A DNA stretch of 59,048 bases from a virus (IMGVR_UViG_3300036845_000232:1-59048); one strand, 5' to 3'. Shown: positions 16,205 to 25,764, numbered from the stretch's first letter. A program made the numbers and translations. The notes: generated by a model not told the origin, from the sequence alone.

Positions 16205-17004
16205 GCCGTCCATGGATGCCGATGTTCTGGGCCGACTTCATCGCGGACACGCAACACTTGGACGCGGCCGAGAGCGGTGCCTACCTGCTGCTGATCGGCC
16301 ACTATTGGTCGACCGGCCGGCCGCCACCTGATGATGACCGGCAGCTTGCCCGCATCGCCCGCATGTCACCTGCCGATTGGCGCCGCGCGCGGCCGATCAT
16401 CCGGGCGTTCTTTCAGGACGGGTGGAAACACAAGCGCGTCGAGTTCGAGCTCACCGAAGCGGCGAGAATTTCAGCGGCCGGTCGAGCCGGCGGCAAGGCT
16501 TCCGCCAGGGCGCGCCGACAGAAAAAACCAAACAATATCAAAGCAACTTGCGAACGACCGTTGCAAAATCGTTCCAACGATCCGCCAACGAAACGCGAAG
16601 CCCTACAACCACAACCACAGTATTCCGAAGCTAACGCTTCGGCCGCCGGGGCGGCGGGTCCGGTTTTGGAAGTGGTCGGCGAGGACCCGAAGGCGCGACT
16701 GTTTCGGGTCGGGAAAACCGCCCTGGTCAGCTTCGGCGTCGCGGAAAAACGCACCGGCGCGCTGATCGGCCAATGGCTTAAGGCCAAGAACGATTCGATC
16801 GGGCTGCTCGCCGCGATCCAGTTCGCCCGCGACCAGAACGTCGCCGACCCGATCGCCTACGTGTCCGCGCTCGTCCATGGGAAACGCAAACATGACGCAA
16901 CTGGCTCCTTGGCGGCCGCCGCAGACGACCTCATCGCTCGCGCGCGAGAGCGAGAAAAGCAGGGCGGTCATGGCTTCTTCGATCTCGCCGCCGAAAGCGC
17001 TTGA
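16201..17004 (+). CDS. YdaU/DUF1376-type replication initiator
   Basis: PWMPMFWADFIADTQHLDAAESGAYLLLIGHYWSTG. Confidence 0.85.
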   Translation: MSRPWMPMFWADFIADTQHLDAAESGAYLLLIGHYWSTGRPPPDDDRQLARIARMSPADWRRARPIIRAFFQDGWKHKRVEFELTEAARISAAGRAGGKASARARRQKKPNNIKATCERPLQNRSNDPPTKREALQPQPQYSEANASAAGAAGPVLEVVGEDPKARLFRVGKTALVSFGVAEKRTGALIGQWLKAKNDSIGLLAAIQFARDQNVADPIAYVSALVHGKRKHDATGSLAAAADDLIARAREREKQGGHGFFDLAAESA

Positions 17005-17539
17005 GGCAGCGAAAAAGCTTGTCGGGCAGTGGCCGCACCTCAAGGCCGATCAACCCGACGTTTTCATCGCGGCGGTCGGCGCGGTGCTCTCGGAATATCC
17101 GTTCGGCGTCGTCGAGGAATGCGTCGATCCGCGCACCGGGCCGGTGAACAAGATCAAGTTTCTGTCGATCGTCGAGCTGCGCCAATGGCTCGAGGAACGC
17201 GTCGTGTATCACCGCGCGCTGGCGTCGTGGCGGCCGCGCCCGGAGCCGCAAAACGCACCGCCGCGGGTCTACGCGCCGGAATACTGCGCCGCCATGGTGA
17301 CCCGCTTCCGGGCGCTGCTGCAGGGCATGCGGCGCGCGGCGGATCCGGTGGTGTCGCTGATGCGCGCGCACCGCCGCGCCGCGCAAGAGCGGCTGGCGGC
17401 CGATCGCGCCCGCGCGCTGGCGGAGTTGGGCGAGCCGCCCAATCCGGCCCCGATCGACACCGGCCACCATGCCCGCGTCGCCGCCGACCTTTCTGCCCGC
17501 AAGGCTGCGCGCGAGGGCGATCCCCCGGAGGTCGCATGA
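16970..17539 (+). CDS. Replication-associated protein (helicase-loader position)
   Basis: Follows the initiator; VLSEYP...DPRTG...KFLSIVEL. Confidence 0.6.
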   Translation: MASSISPPKALEAAKKLVGQWPHLKADQPDVFIAAVGAVLSEYPFGVVEECVDPRTGPVNKIKFLSIVELRQWLEERVVYHRALASWRPRPEPQNAPPRVYAPEYCAAMVTRFRALLQGMRRAADPVVSLMRAHRRAAQERLAADRARALAELGEPPNPAPIDTGHHARVAADLSARKAAREGDPPEVA

Positions 17540-17745
17540 CCAGCACCCTGCGGCAGATCTCCGCGGCGTTGATCACGAGCTCACGCGAGCGACCGCCGCC
17601 CGCGATCGACGCTGCGGAGGCCGAGCGCCAACGCGAGCGCGCCCGCGCGGTGCTGCGCGAGTGCCGCGAGCGGCTGCGGCGGATCGAGCGCACGAGGCCG
17701 AAATCACCCCATCCCGGCGCTGACGCCAGCCAGAAGGCTGGATAA
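17536..17745 (+). CDS. Hypothetical protein
   Basis: GGAGG RBS, 4-nt overlap. Confidence 0.5.
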   Translation: MTSTLRQISAALITSSRERPPPAIDAAEAERQRERARAVLRECRERLRRIERTRPKSPHPGADASQKAG

Positions 17746-17824
17746 CGCCGTGATCCGCCCCGCGTCGTTTCTTTCTGCCTGACTGAGCGACGCGGGGCGG
17801 CAACCTTCACCAGAGGAAAATTCA

Positions 17825-18001
17825 ATGCCTAAGAAATCCGTGACTGCAAAATCAAAGGCGAAGCCGCAGCCGCACTTCGAAGCCGGCCAAGTCATCGCAC
17901 CGGCCGGTCCCTCTTCGGTCTATCTCGTTGTCGACAGCTTCGGCGACGCGTGGTGGGTCGATACGGATCTCATGACGATACGAAGGGCGATGGCGGCCTG
18001 A
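17825..18001 (+). CDS. Small hypothetical protein
   Basis: MPKKSVTAKSKAKPQ...; GAGGA RBS. Confidence 0.55.
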   Translation: MPKKSVTAKSKAKPQPHFEAGQVIAPAGPSSVYLVVDSFGDAWWVDTDLMTIRRAMAA

Positions 18002-18465
18002 TGTTCGCCCGCCGACGAGTCCTGCAGATGATCGGGTTGGGCGGCGCGGCGGCGCCGTCGATGCTGCGCAGCGCGTCGGGCCTGATCCAGTCCGGCATGA
18101 AGTCCGCGGCCGTCCCGGAGAGCGGCATCTTGGATGACTCGTATGGCGACAACGCCCGGGGCGTCGGGCAGGAAATCACTGCCAACCGCCCTATCATGCC
18201 GCGCTGGCGCGCCGCGCAGCTTGCCATGAAGGTACCCGCGATGCGCGCGGCCGCCTTCGATACCGCATGGCGGCAGAACCGCCGCGTCTATCAGGTCGAC
18301 CCCGATCTCGAGGTCTACCGTTCGTTTTCGCCCATGGCGAAGATCACGTTTCAGCGGCAGCGCAACGTGGAGCGGCACATCCGCGAGATCAGCGAGCCGG
18401 ATCACTACGAAGCGCTGCAGCCGTTCAAGGACTTTCTCAACAAGACGATCTGGGGCCGACCGTGA
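18001..18465 (+). CDS. Hypothetical protein with twin-arginine-like N-terminus
   Basis: MFARRRVLQMIGLGGAAA. Confidence 0.6.
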   Translation: MFARRRVLQMIGLGGAAAPSMLRSASGLIQSGMKSAAVPESGILDDSYGDNARGVGQEITANRPIMPRWRAAQLAMKVPAMRAAAFDTAWRQNRRVYQVDPDLEVYRSFSPMAKITFQRQRNVERHIREISEPDHYEALQPFKDFLNKTIWGRP

Positions 18466-18953
18466 CCACCATCACCTCCCTCTCCCCCACCGACGTCGGC
18501 GCTAAGGTCTCCTACGATCTCGGCAACGAGAAGAAGCTCGGCACCATCGCCGACTTCAATTGCTCGTGCGTGCACGTGCGGATCGACGACGGCACCACGC
18601 TGCCGATGCCGTGGCATCTTTTGGAGCGGGTGGCCGGTGAACCTGGCCCCGCGGTGGTGAATGCGCTCGCCTCGCTCGAGCAAGCGGGCCTCCCAGGGAA
18701 GATGATCGACGCCGCCACGGTCGAGGTCGCCGGATTGATCATCTGGACGCCAGCGGCAGGGAGCTGGAAGGTGAGGGGGGAGAACTCGGTCCATTATGGC
18801 GGGTTTGCTTCGGTCGCCGCGGCGGCGCGGGAACTGCCGGTGCTCGAGGGCCTGCGGATGAAGTCGGAACCGGTTTGCACCTTCAGCCGCTGCCCCAATC
18901 CGGATCAGTGCCGGGAGGGATGCTCGAGCCCGATGAGGTCGCCATCCGCGTAG
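18462..18953 (+). CDS. Hypothetical protein
   Basis: GTG start overlapping the previous stop; SH3-like N-terminus. Confidence 0.6.
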   Translation: MTTITSLSPTDVGAKVSYDLGNEKKLGTIADFNCSCVHVRIDDGTTLPMPWHLLERVAGEPGPAVVNALASLEQAGLPGKMIDAATVEVAGLIIWTPAAGSWKVRGENSVHYGGFASVAAAARELPVLEGLRMKSEPVCTFSRCPNPDQCREGCSSPMRSPSA

Positions 18954-19019
18954 AAAATCTGTCCGAGGAGGGCAGCGAAATCCGCCGTTTCACGTGAGAC
19001 CATTCCCTTAAATCCCTGA

Positions 19020-19048
19020 TTGATAGATTGTTTTCCTCCCCATATAAT
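19020..19048 (+). promoter_or_regulatory. Near-consensus sigma70 promoter
   Basis: TTGATA-17-TATAAT followed by a GGAGG RBS. Confidence 0.75.
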
Positions 19049-19079
19049 GCCACCGCTTTGGCCGGGGAGGGCCATTTAG

Positions 19080-19313
19080 GTGCCTCACACGATCGAGGAC
19101 GGCGACGCCGCCTACCTGCTCTGTCGGGTTGGCCGGATCGTGCCGCAGCTCGGCATCGCCTATGTGGTCGTCCCCAAGGTGGGCTTGATGCCGCACGAAT
19201 GGGTGGGCTGGGACGGCCCCATGATCGTGAGCCTGAAGCTGCTCGCCCGCGCGCCGGAGCCGCGCGACTTCGCGATGCCGCGTCAGATCGAGCCTGCGAA
19301 AGCTGGCACTTAA
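19080..19313 (+). CDS. Moron-like hypothetical protein
   Basis: 77 aa with its own promoter and RBS. Confidence 0.65.
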   Translation: MPHTIEDGDAAYLLCRVGRIVPQLGIAYVVVPKVGLMPHEWVGWDGPMIVSLKLLARAPEPRDFAMPRQIEPAKAGT

Positions 19314-19443
19314 CCGAAAATTGAGCGCGACGGCGTACCCCGAATCCCGGGCCGGCTCCGGCTGGCCGACTTGTTCCGCGCGTACCGCCGGCCGCTCGAT
19401 GCCCTTCGCGCGCGGTCGGCGGATGCACGGGGAGGGGGATGCA

Positions 19444-20196
19444 TTGGCGAAGAAGCGCGGGCGCCCGGCCAAGGCCGGCGAGCGCTACGACTGCGGCAAG
19501 CTCAAGCCGGACGGCGTCTCACCCACCTTGGCCTATCGCATACGGGAACAGGCGGGAAAGATCGCGATTGATCGGCGCCTCGGAAGCGAGCTCGGCCGAC
19601 TGTTGCTGCTGGAACAGATCACGACGGGCGAGGCGGCTTGCGGCTGGCGCGTCCACGATGTGTGGCTGAAGTTCGAATCGGCAGTCGGCCTTGCGCGCGG
19701 CGTGCGCGGCGCCGCGTTTGACGTAGCAGTCAATCGGGCCAGCGCCCTCCTGGTGGGGGATAGAGACGAGGAAGCGCGCATTGCGCGCGACAGGTGGCTC
19801 GCCCTCGATAAATTCCTGCTGAAAAACTTCACCGGCCCCGACGGCCGCATTGCACGCGACCGCCTTGAAACGCTATGCGTCGATGACCGCTCGATTCCGT
19901 ACGCGTGGATCGAGCCGGTGCGCGCGATGCTGCGGCTGTTGGCGCTTGAGCACTTTGGCATCAAGCGACCGCCGAGGAGCGAACCCGGGCGCCTCACCGC
20001 ATCAGCGCCGGTGCGGCGCGCGCTATGGCGATCAGAGTACGGCGCCGACGTTGCCAAGCTTGTGAGTGCGGCGAATCCGGACCTGCCGATGGAGCGAATT
20101 TCGGAAATCCGCGATTTTCACAATGCGCTAGCCGAGCGCGCAAAATTCGATGCGGAGAAAAAGCGCGAGCGATCAAAAGCTTCCGCCTTCGGTTAA
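19444..20196 (+). CDS. Putative late-gene transcriptional regulator (Q position)
   Basis: TTG start with GGAGGG RBS; KKRGRPAK..LGRLLLLEQIT..EAACG; last gene before the late leader. Confidence 0.55.
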   Translation: MAKKRGRPAKAGERYDCGKLKPDGVSPTLAYRIREQAGKIAIDRRLGSELGRLLLLEQITTGEAACGWRVHDVWLKFESAVGLARGVRGAAFDVAVNRASALLVGDRDEEARIARDRWLALDKFLLKNFTGPDGRIARDRLETLCVDDRSIPYAWIEPVRAMLRLLALEHFGIKRPPRSEPGRLTASAPVRRALWRSEYGADVAKLVSAANPDLPMERISEIRDFHNALAERAKFDAEKKRERSKASAFG

Positions 20197-20532
20197 CCAT
20201 CTCGCATGATCTCGATTGCGAAAACTTCCGCAGCAGACCACACTTCCGAAATTCCATCATGGACGACGTGTCATCCGGGGCGGGCTTCCGCGCCGGCTTC
20301 ACGCCTATGGAGACACGTCATGTAGCCGTTCTTGTCCCGGCGCGCCTCCGCGACTGACCGGAGACCGCGCCCGGCAGCGTGGACGTGCCACCCGTGCCCC
20401 ACGCGCGGCCCGGCTTTGTGAGCCTCCCAAGGTGGCCGGGCCGCAGAATTAACGCGCTGTGAATCTTTGCGGCGCATTCAGGCGCTGAGCGCGTGTGTAT
20501 TGCGTCGCGCTCGCCAAATCAGAGGTGCCGCC

Positions 20533-20949
20533 ATGGTGACGCGAGCCAAGCTGCAAAACGTAATCGACGACATCCGCAAGGAGCTGGAAGAGCAGCGCAG
20601 CCGCCGGCAGGCGGCGGAGAGCGAGATGCGTTCCGCGCACGAAGCAGCAAAGCAAGCGCGCGCCCAGTTCGCCGACCTCAAGGAGCGTCTGGCGAACGCC
20701 GAGGCAGAAAACCAGCGCATGCGCGGCTATATCGCGCGGGTGCAGGAGGATGACGTCGTCCGCGAAGAGCTTATCCTCGTGGGCGAAGCTGATGGCGAGC
20801 AACGGCTTGCCCCGAAGCGGAAGGCGACGACTTTCGGCGCGCCGGATGCCTATCAGCACTTCACCGCATCGAGGGATGAAGAGTTCTCGGGCATGGCTTG
20901 CGGCCGCATTGAACGCCGCGGCAAACCGCGCCACTGGATCACCTATTGA
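20533..20949 (+). CDS. Coiled-coil hypothetical protein
   Basis: GAGG RBS; heptad-rich. Confidence 0.65.
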   Translation: MVTRAKLQNVIDDIRKELEEQRSRRQAAESEMRSAHEAAKQARAQFADLKERLANAEAENQRMRGYIARVQEDDVVREELILVGEADGEQRLAPKRKATTFGAPDAYQHFTASRDEEFSGMACGRIERRGKPRHWITY

Positions 20950-20970
20950 GGGTCTCCGCAGGAGGCTGAC

Positions 20971-21429
20971 ATGTCCGGCCGCGCGCGCCATCTGCGCGAC
21001 GGCCAGTGGATCACGAACCGCAAGACCGACCGGCGCAATCCCCGCCGCTCCCCGGCCGAGCGCCGCCAGGCCCTCATCACCGAGGCGTTCGCAAAGCCCG
21101 ACCCCGCCCTGGTCGCCATGGTGTTCCGGCTCCCGGAATGGCTCGGTGCCGCCACCGCCCCGGGCCAGCACGGCATCGGCATCGAGGTGCTCAAGAGCGA
21201 CTTCGTGCGGGTGAGCGGCAACTCGGCCGATCACTGCTGGTATCTCGCCCGCTCGTTTCTCGGCGCCATCGCCCGGGAGAGCCGTGGGTTCACGGTGCAC
21301 GCATCGATCATCTGCCGCGCCGGCGAGCATGCCGGAAAGTCGTACGGCTGCTTCCTCACCGTGACGCGCGGAAGCGTGGTGGTGTCGATGGGGCTGATCG
21401 AGCCGAGGCTTTACGAGGCGGCGGCATGA
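20971..21429 (+). CDS. Hypothetical protein
   Basis: AGGAGG RBS; high-GC3 codon usage. Confidence 0.7.
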   Translation: MSGRARHLRDGQWITNRKTDRRNPRRSPAERRQALITEAFAKPDPALVAMVFRLPEWLGAATAPGQHGIGIEVLKSDFVRVSGNSADHCWYLARSFLGAIARESRGFTVHASIICRAGEHAGKSYGCFLTVTRGSVVVSMGLIEPRLYEAAA

Positions 21430-21710
21430 CGCCATTGCCGCCCTTCGACGTGCTCACCCCGCTCGGGCCCGCCGTCTGCATCGGCATCCTCGCCGAGACG
21501 GACAATGTCGAGTGGGTCACGTTCATCAAGGCGACCGGGGAGCCGTGGTTCTGGCAGAACCCGGACATCCGGCGCGATCTCGATATCACGCAAGGGCGGC
21601 AATCGCTGTCGCCGTTCGGTCCGCCTGGCCCCAAGCTGCAGCGGCATATCGATCGCTACCGTGCCAACGGATGGCTACCGCCACAAGACAAGGAACCCAA
21701 CCATGGGTGA
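21426..21710 (+). CDS. Conserved hypothetical phage protein
   Basis: VLTPLG...WVTFIKATGEPWFWQNPDIR. Confidence 0.7.
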   Translation: MTPLPPFDVLTPLGPAVCIGILAETDNVEWVTFIKATGEPWFWQNPDIRRDLDITQGRQSLSPFGPPGPKLQRHIDRYRANGWLPPQDKEPNHG

Positions 21711-22107
21711 AAACCTCGAAAGCCTGATGCGCCGCGGCGCGATCTCAGGCAAGCAGGCCGGCAAGTCCGGATTGAAGCGCGCCGCCACCGTCAACAAGGG
21801 CGACGGCGACGGCGACTTCGACAGCAAGGACGGCGCCCGCGACCAGGGCGCTGGCCGCGATCGCGGTGACCGTGTCGCCTCCAAGGATCATATCAACCGC
21901 TCGGACAAGAACGAGCGCGGCATGCCCTCGAAGGGCGCGCGCGTGAACAAGGGCGGCCAGTTCGGCCGCGACCAGATCGACGACGGGGAGTATCAGGCGC
22001 CCGAGTTCCCGAAGGGCGGCAGTAACAAGCGCAAGGTCGGCGTCACCGCGCCGGGCAAATCGAGCGGCCCGCAGTACGGCGGCCCGAGCTCGCGCCGGGA
22101 TGGGTGA
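21703..22107 (+). CDS. Basic, Gly-rich hypothetical protein
   Basis: AAGGA RBS; hydrophilic. Confidence 0.65.
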   Translation: MGENLESLMRRGAISGKQAGKSGLKRAATVNKGDGDGDFDSKDGARDQGAGRDRGDRVASKDHINRSDKNERGMPSKGARVNKGGQFGRDQIDDGEYQAPEFPKGGSNKRKVGVTAPGKSSGPQYGGPSSRRDG

Positions 22108-22249
22108 GCCCAAGCTCGCCGGCATCGTCGGCAAGCTGCTCGCCCGCCAGCGGATGATCACGGGGGTGCAGCTGGTGATCATCTTCGTCATCGCCGCCCT
22201 GGTTGACGCCGGCCTCTGTGCCCTGATCGCGCTCGGCCCCCATGGCTGA
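22100..22249 (+). CDS. Small membrane protein
   Basis: MGEPKLAG...VQLVIIFVIAALVDAGLCALIAL. Confidence 0.45.
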   Translation: MGEPKLAGIVGKLLARQRMITGVQLVIIFVIAALVDAGLCALIALGPHG

Positions 22250-22331
22250 CACCGCCGTCGGGCCGAATAACGCCAAGATCGCGTTCCGCGGCCGCGCCAC
22301 ACGCGAGCGCCCTCATTCCGGAGACCCGCAG

Positions 22332-22586
22332 ATGCCGGTCGTATCGAAAAAGCAGAATGCGGCGATGCACAGTGCCGCCGAAGGCGAGAGCACGCTCGGC
22401 ATTCCGCCCGCAGTCGGCAAGGAGTTCACCGCCGATCAGGCGCCCGGTTCCGTCAAGAAGCTGCCCGAGCGGGTCGGCAAGAAGGTCAAGCGCCTGCGCA
22501 AGCGCGGGATGATCTCCGACCGCGAGAGCGCGCGCATCATGGACAAGCATGGCGGGGAAACGGAAATCAAAGCGGCCAGCCGGTAA
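22332..22586 (+). CDS. Conserved small phage protein
   Basis: MPVVSKKQNAAMHSAAEGESTLGIPPAVGKEF; GGAG RBS. Confidence 0.65.
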   Translation: MPVVSKKQNAAMHSAAEGESTLGIPPAVGKEFTADQAPGSVKKLPERVGKKVKRLRKRGMISDRESARIMDKHGGETEIKAASR

Positions 22587-23220
22587 GGCGAAGCCGACTG
22601 CTCCGCCGGCCGCCAAGCCCGACGTCGCCGGCCTCACGCCAAAGCAGCGCGTCTTCGTCGAGGAATACCTCGTCGACCTCAACGGCACGCAGGCGGCGAT
22701 CCGGGCCGGCTATAGCACTGACAGCGCCCGGCAGATCGCTTCCGAGAACCTGTCCAAACCGTACATTGCGGAGGCGATCGACAAGGCGCTCGCCGACCGC
22801 GGCGGCATCACCCGCACCCGCATCGTGGATGAGCTCGCCCGTATCGGTTTCTCCGACATCCGCAAGGTGGTGAGTTGGCGACCGGAGCCCGTCGAGGTCG
22901 AAAGCCTGATCGAGGGCCAGCCGCCGACCACGATACTGGCCTCGCGCGTCACCGTGCTCGACAGCGGCCAGATCGATCCCGACACGGCCGCCGCCATCGC
23001 CTCCGTCTCGCAGGGCGCGACCGGCGCCTTGAAGATACAGATGCATGACAAGCCTGCCGCTCTGGAAAAGCTCGCCCGCGCGCTCGGCATGTTCAAAGAC
23101 AGGCTCTCTCTGACGGATGCCGGCGGCAATGCCATTGTCCCGGTCATCAACATCATCGGCCGACCTGGACCTGCATCTCCACCCAAAGCAATGGGTGGCG
23201 TTCGAGACGGTAGCGACTGA
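22549..23220 (+). CDS. terS: Terminase small subunit
   Basis: LTPKQRVFVEEYLVDLNGTQAAIRAGYS...DKPAALEKLARALGMF. Confidence 0.92.
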   Translation: MAGKRKSKRPAGKAKPTAPPAAKPDVAGLTPKQRVFVEEYLVDLNGTQAAIRAGYSTDSARQIASENLSKPYIAEAIDKALADRGGITRTRIVDELARIGFSDIRKVVSWRPEPVEVESLIEGQPPTTILASRVTVLDSGQIDPDTAAAIASVSQGATGALKIQMHDKPAALEKLARALGMFKDRLSLTDAGGNAIVPVINIIGRPGPASPPKAMGGVRDGSD

Positions 23221-24790
23221 AATCCTCTACGGCGGCGCCGCCGGCGGCGGCAAAAGCCACCTGATGCGCATCGCCGCGATCGTGTGGTGCGCAGCGATCC
23301 CGGGCCTGCAGGTCTACCTGTTCCGGCGGGTGCGTGAGGACCTGCTCAAGAACCACATGGAGGGGCCGAAAGGCTTCCGCGCCGTGCTCGCCGCCTGGGT
23401 GGCGGCCGGCTGGTGCACCATCATCGAGGACGAGGTCAGGTTCTGGAACGGATCGAAGATCTACCTCTGCCACTGCCAGCACGAGAAGGACATCTACAAG
23501 TACCAGGGCGCCGAAATCCACGTCCTGCTGATCGATGAGCTCACCCACTTCACCGAGAAAATGTACCGGTTCCTGCGCAATCGCGTGCGCATGGTCGGGA
23601 TCTCGGTCCCGGCCGAATACGCCGGGCGCTTCCCGCGCGTGATGTGCGGCGCAAACCCGGGCAACATCGGTCACCTCTGGGTCAAGACCACGTTCATCCT
23701 GGGCTCGCCCCCGCTCGACGTCCGCTTGATGCCGTCGAACGAAGGTGGCATGTTGCGCCAGTACATTCCGGCCCGGCTCGAGGACAACCCGAGCATGGCG
23801 CAGGATGATCCGGGCTATGAGAGCAGGCTTGAGGGCTTGGGCTCCGAGACGCTCGTCAAGGCGATGCGCTGGGGCGACTGGGACGTCATCGAGGGAGCGT
23901 TCTTTGACTGCTGGAGCAATGCCCACCACGTTGTCGCGCCGTTCGCTCTTCCGAGCGATTGGCTGCGCTTTCGCAGCGGGGATTGGGGCTCGGCTTCGCC
24001 TGCCTCAATCGGATGGTGGGCTGTTGTCCAGGATGACTTCCGGCTCCCCGATGCTCTCGGCGGCGGAGCGAGCGCAGAGGCTCTTCAACGCCAACGCAAG
24101 CGCGACGGCTCAAGCGATCGCGGACAATCTCTGGTCGGGCAGTCAGTGGACGGCCGAGCAGCTCGCCGATCCGCCGGTGGTGACGTTCAACGATCTGGGC
24201 GAGCCAATATTCTCCCGCGCGGCGCCCTCGTGCGCTACCGAGAGGACTACATCGCCTCCGGCCCCAACAAGGGCCTGAAGCTCACCGCCGAACAGGTCGC
24301 CGACCGCATCGTCACTCGGGAGCTCAAGGACCCCAAGCTCGCCTACGGGGTGCTCGATCCGTCGGCCTTCAAGGAAGACGGCGGCCCGTCGATCGCCGAG
24401 CGCATCAACGGGCGCCTGATCGCCAAGAAGATGGCGCCGTTCCGCGAGGCGGACAACGCGCGCGTCACCCGAACGCAAGGAACCGACAAATCCGGCCCCA
24501 TGGGCGGCTGGGATCAGATGCGGGCCCGGATGATCGGCGACGGCGACACGCCAATGATCTTCTGTTTCTCGACCTGCACCGACTCGATCCGCACCATCCC
24601 GGTGCTGCAGCACGATGCGAGCCGGCCGGAAGACCTCGATACGAATTCGGAAGACCACAACGCCGACGACTGGCGCTACGCCTGCATGTCGCGGCCGTGG
24701 CTCAAGACGTACGAACCGCCGCCGGCTCCGCGCGACGCCTACGCGCCGCCGAGCGAGGATTTGAGCCAGGACAGCTTCAAGACGCTGTAG
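23117..24790 (+). CDS. terL: Terminase large subunit
   Basis: LHPKQ, YGGAAGGGKS, LLIDELTHF, GANPG, nuclease DWG...EDHNADDWRY; start uncertain. Confidence 0.95.
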   Translation: MPAAMPLSRSSTSSADLDLHLHPKQWVAFETVATEILYGGAAGGGKSHLMRIAAIVWCAAIPGLQVYLFRRVREDLLKNHMEGPKGFRAVLAAWVAAGWCTIIEDEVRFWNGSKIYLCHCQHEKDIYKYQGAEIHVLLIDELTHFTEKMYRFLRNRVRMVGISVPAEYAGRFPRVMCGANPGNIGHLWVKTTFILGSPPLDVRLMPSNEGGMLRQYIPARLEDNPSMAQDDPGYESRLEGLGSETLVKAMRWGDWDVIEGAFFDCWSNAHHVVAPFALPSDWLRFRSGDWGSASPASIGWWAVVQDDFRLPDALGGGASAEALQRQRKRDGSSDRGQSLVGQSVDGRAARRSAGGDVQRSGRANILPRGALVRYREDYIASGPNKGLKLTAEQVADRIVTRELKDPKLAYGVLDPSAFKEDGGPSIAERINGRLIAKKMAPFREADNARVTRTQGTDKSGPMGGWDQMRARMIGDGDTPMIFCFSTCTDSIRTIPVLQHDASRPEDLDTNSEDHNADDWRYACMSRPWLKTYEPPPAPRDAYAPPSEDLSQDSFKTL

Positions 24791-24799
24791 GAGTGCCGC

Positions 24800-24958
24800 A
24801 TGCCGCTGGAAGTCCCGCGAGAGAAGCCCGAGGTGCCAAAGCTGAAGCCGGGCACCATCATTGAACGGCGAAGCGTAGTGGTCGACGAAGATGGCGTTGT
24901 GTGGATCATCGATCCGCATTCGTACCAGTTCCTGCGGGCCGACAGTTTCACATCGTGA
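24800..24958 (+). CDS. Small hypothetical protein
   Basis: AGGAG RBS; MPLEVPREKPEV... Confidence 0.55.
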   Translation: MPLEVPREKPEVPKLKPGTIIERRSVVVDEDGVVWIIDPHSYQFLRADSFTS

Positions 24959-25227
24959 CCAGCGACCTCGACCGCACCGCAGCCGCGGCCGTCGCCAAGA
25001 TCGGCGAGGCGCCGCCGGCGGCCGATCTGCCGTCGCCCGAGCAGCTGCAGGACACCGCGCTCTTGATCCGCGCCGCCTGCCGCCCGGACACGCCGCTGCG
25101 CACGCTCGCGCTCTCAGCCCCTTCGTTCCGCGCCGTCGCGCGCGGCATGATCCCGCTCAACGATCTCGACACCACCACCGCACTGTTGCGCAGCGGGCTC
25201 GGGTTGGGGCTGATCCGGCAGGGCTGA
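24955..25227 (+). CDS. Hypothetical protein
   Basis: GTG start coupled to the previous stop. Confidence 0.55.
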   Translation: MTSDLDRTAAAAVAKIGEAPPAADLPSPEQLQDTALLIRAACRPDTPLRTLALSAPSFRAVARGMIPLNDLDTTTALLRSGLGLGLIRQG

Positions 25228-25228
25228 G

Positions 25229-25519
25229 ATGGAAGCCGCGCTTCCGATCGAGCCGCATCCCGGCTCGGTTGAGATCATGGCCGTAATGGACAGCCTGCCG
25301 CGCCGGATGCGCGAACTCGTCCATGAATTCGGCCTCGTCATCGTCGCCGAGATGATCGATGAGGGTTACTACGACCCCGAGGCGCTCCGCGACATGCTCG
25401 AAACGTGGCGCGAGCGCCGCCAAGCCCAGTGGCTCGCCACCGACTACGTGACCAAGCGAACCGCCCGCAGCATCGTCGAAGCCGCGCTCATGCGCCAAGC
25501 CTTCAAGGACGCCGCCTGA
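25229..25519 (+). CDS. Hypothetical protein
   Basis: MDSLPRRMRELVHEFG motif; tiles the operon. Confidence 0.65.
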   Translation: MEAALPIEPHPGSVEIMAVMDSLPRRMRELVHEFGLVIVAEMIDEGYYDPEALRDMLETWRERRQAQWLATDYVTKRTARSIVEAALMRQAFKDAA

Positions 25520-25764
25520 TGCCTCAGCATCCCAAAGTCGCCGCGCTCGCCGCCCGCAAGGCCAAGCATGACGCCGATTTCGAGCGGGATATCGACGGCG
25601 TGATCGCCGCCTATGATGATCTGGACCGCCAGAAGGCTCTCGCCGTCGCCTCGCTGCATAAGCAGGTCGAGCAGCGCAAGGCCGATCTTGAGGCCGCCAC
25701 CAGCAGCGTCACCGATCTGAGCAACCTCGCCGTCGGCAACGAGACAGATCAAAAAAAAACTTGA
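25519..25764 (+). CDS. Coiled-coil hypothetical protein ending in an A9 run
   Basis: MPQHPKVAALAARK...DQKKT. Confidence 0.6.
   Translation: MPQHPKVAALAARKAKHDADFERDIDGVIAAYDDLDRQKALAVASLHKQVEQRKADLEAATSSVTDLSNLAVGNETDQKKT

Noticed and set aside
19310-20463. CtrA-like sites TTAA-N7-TTGA (19310) and TTAA-N7-TGAA (20449)
   Set aside because: Both are imperfect and too short to support without data
24040-24210. Intein or intron in terL
   Set aside because: Too short, with no C/S...HN splice motifs and no group I/II features seen
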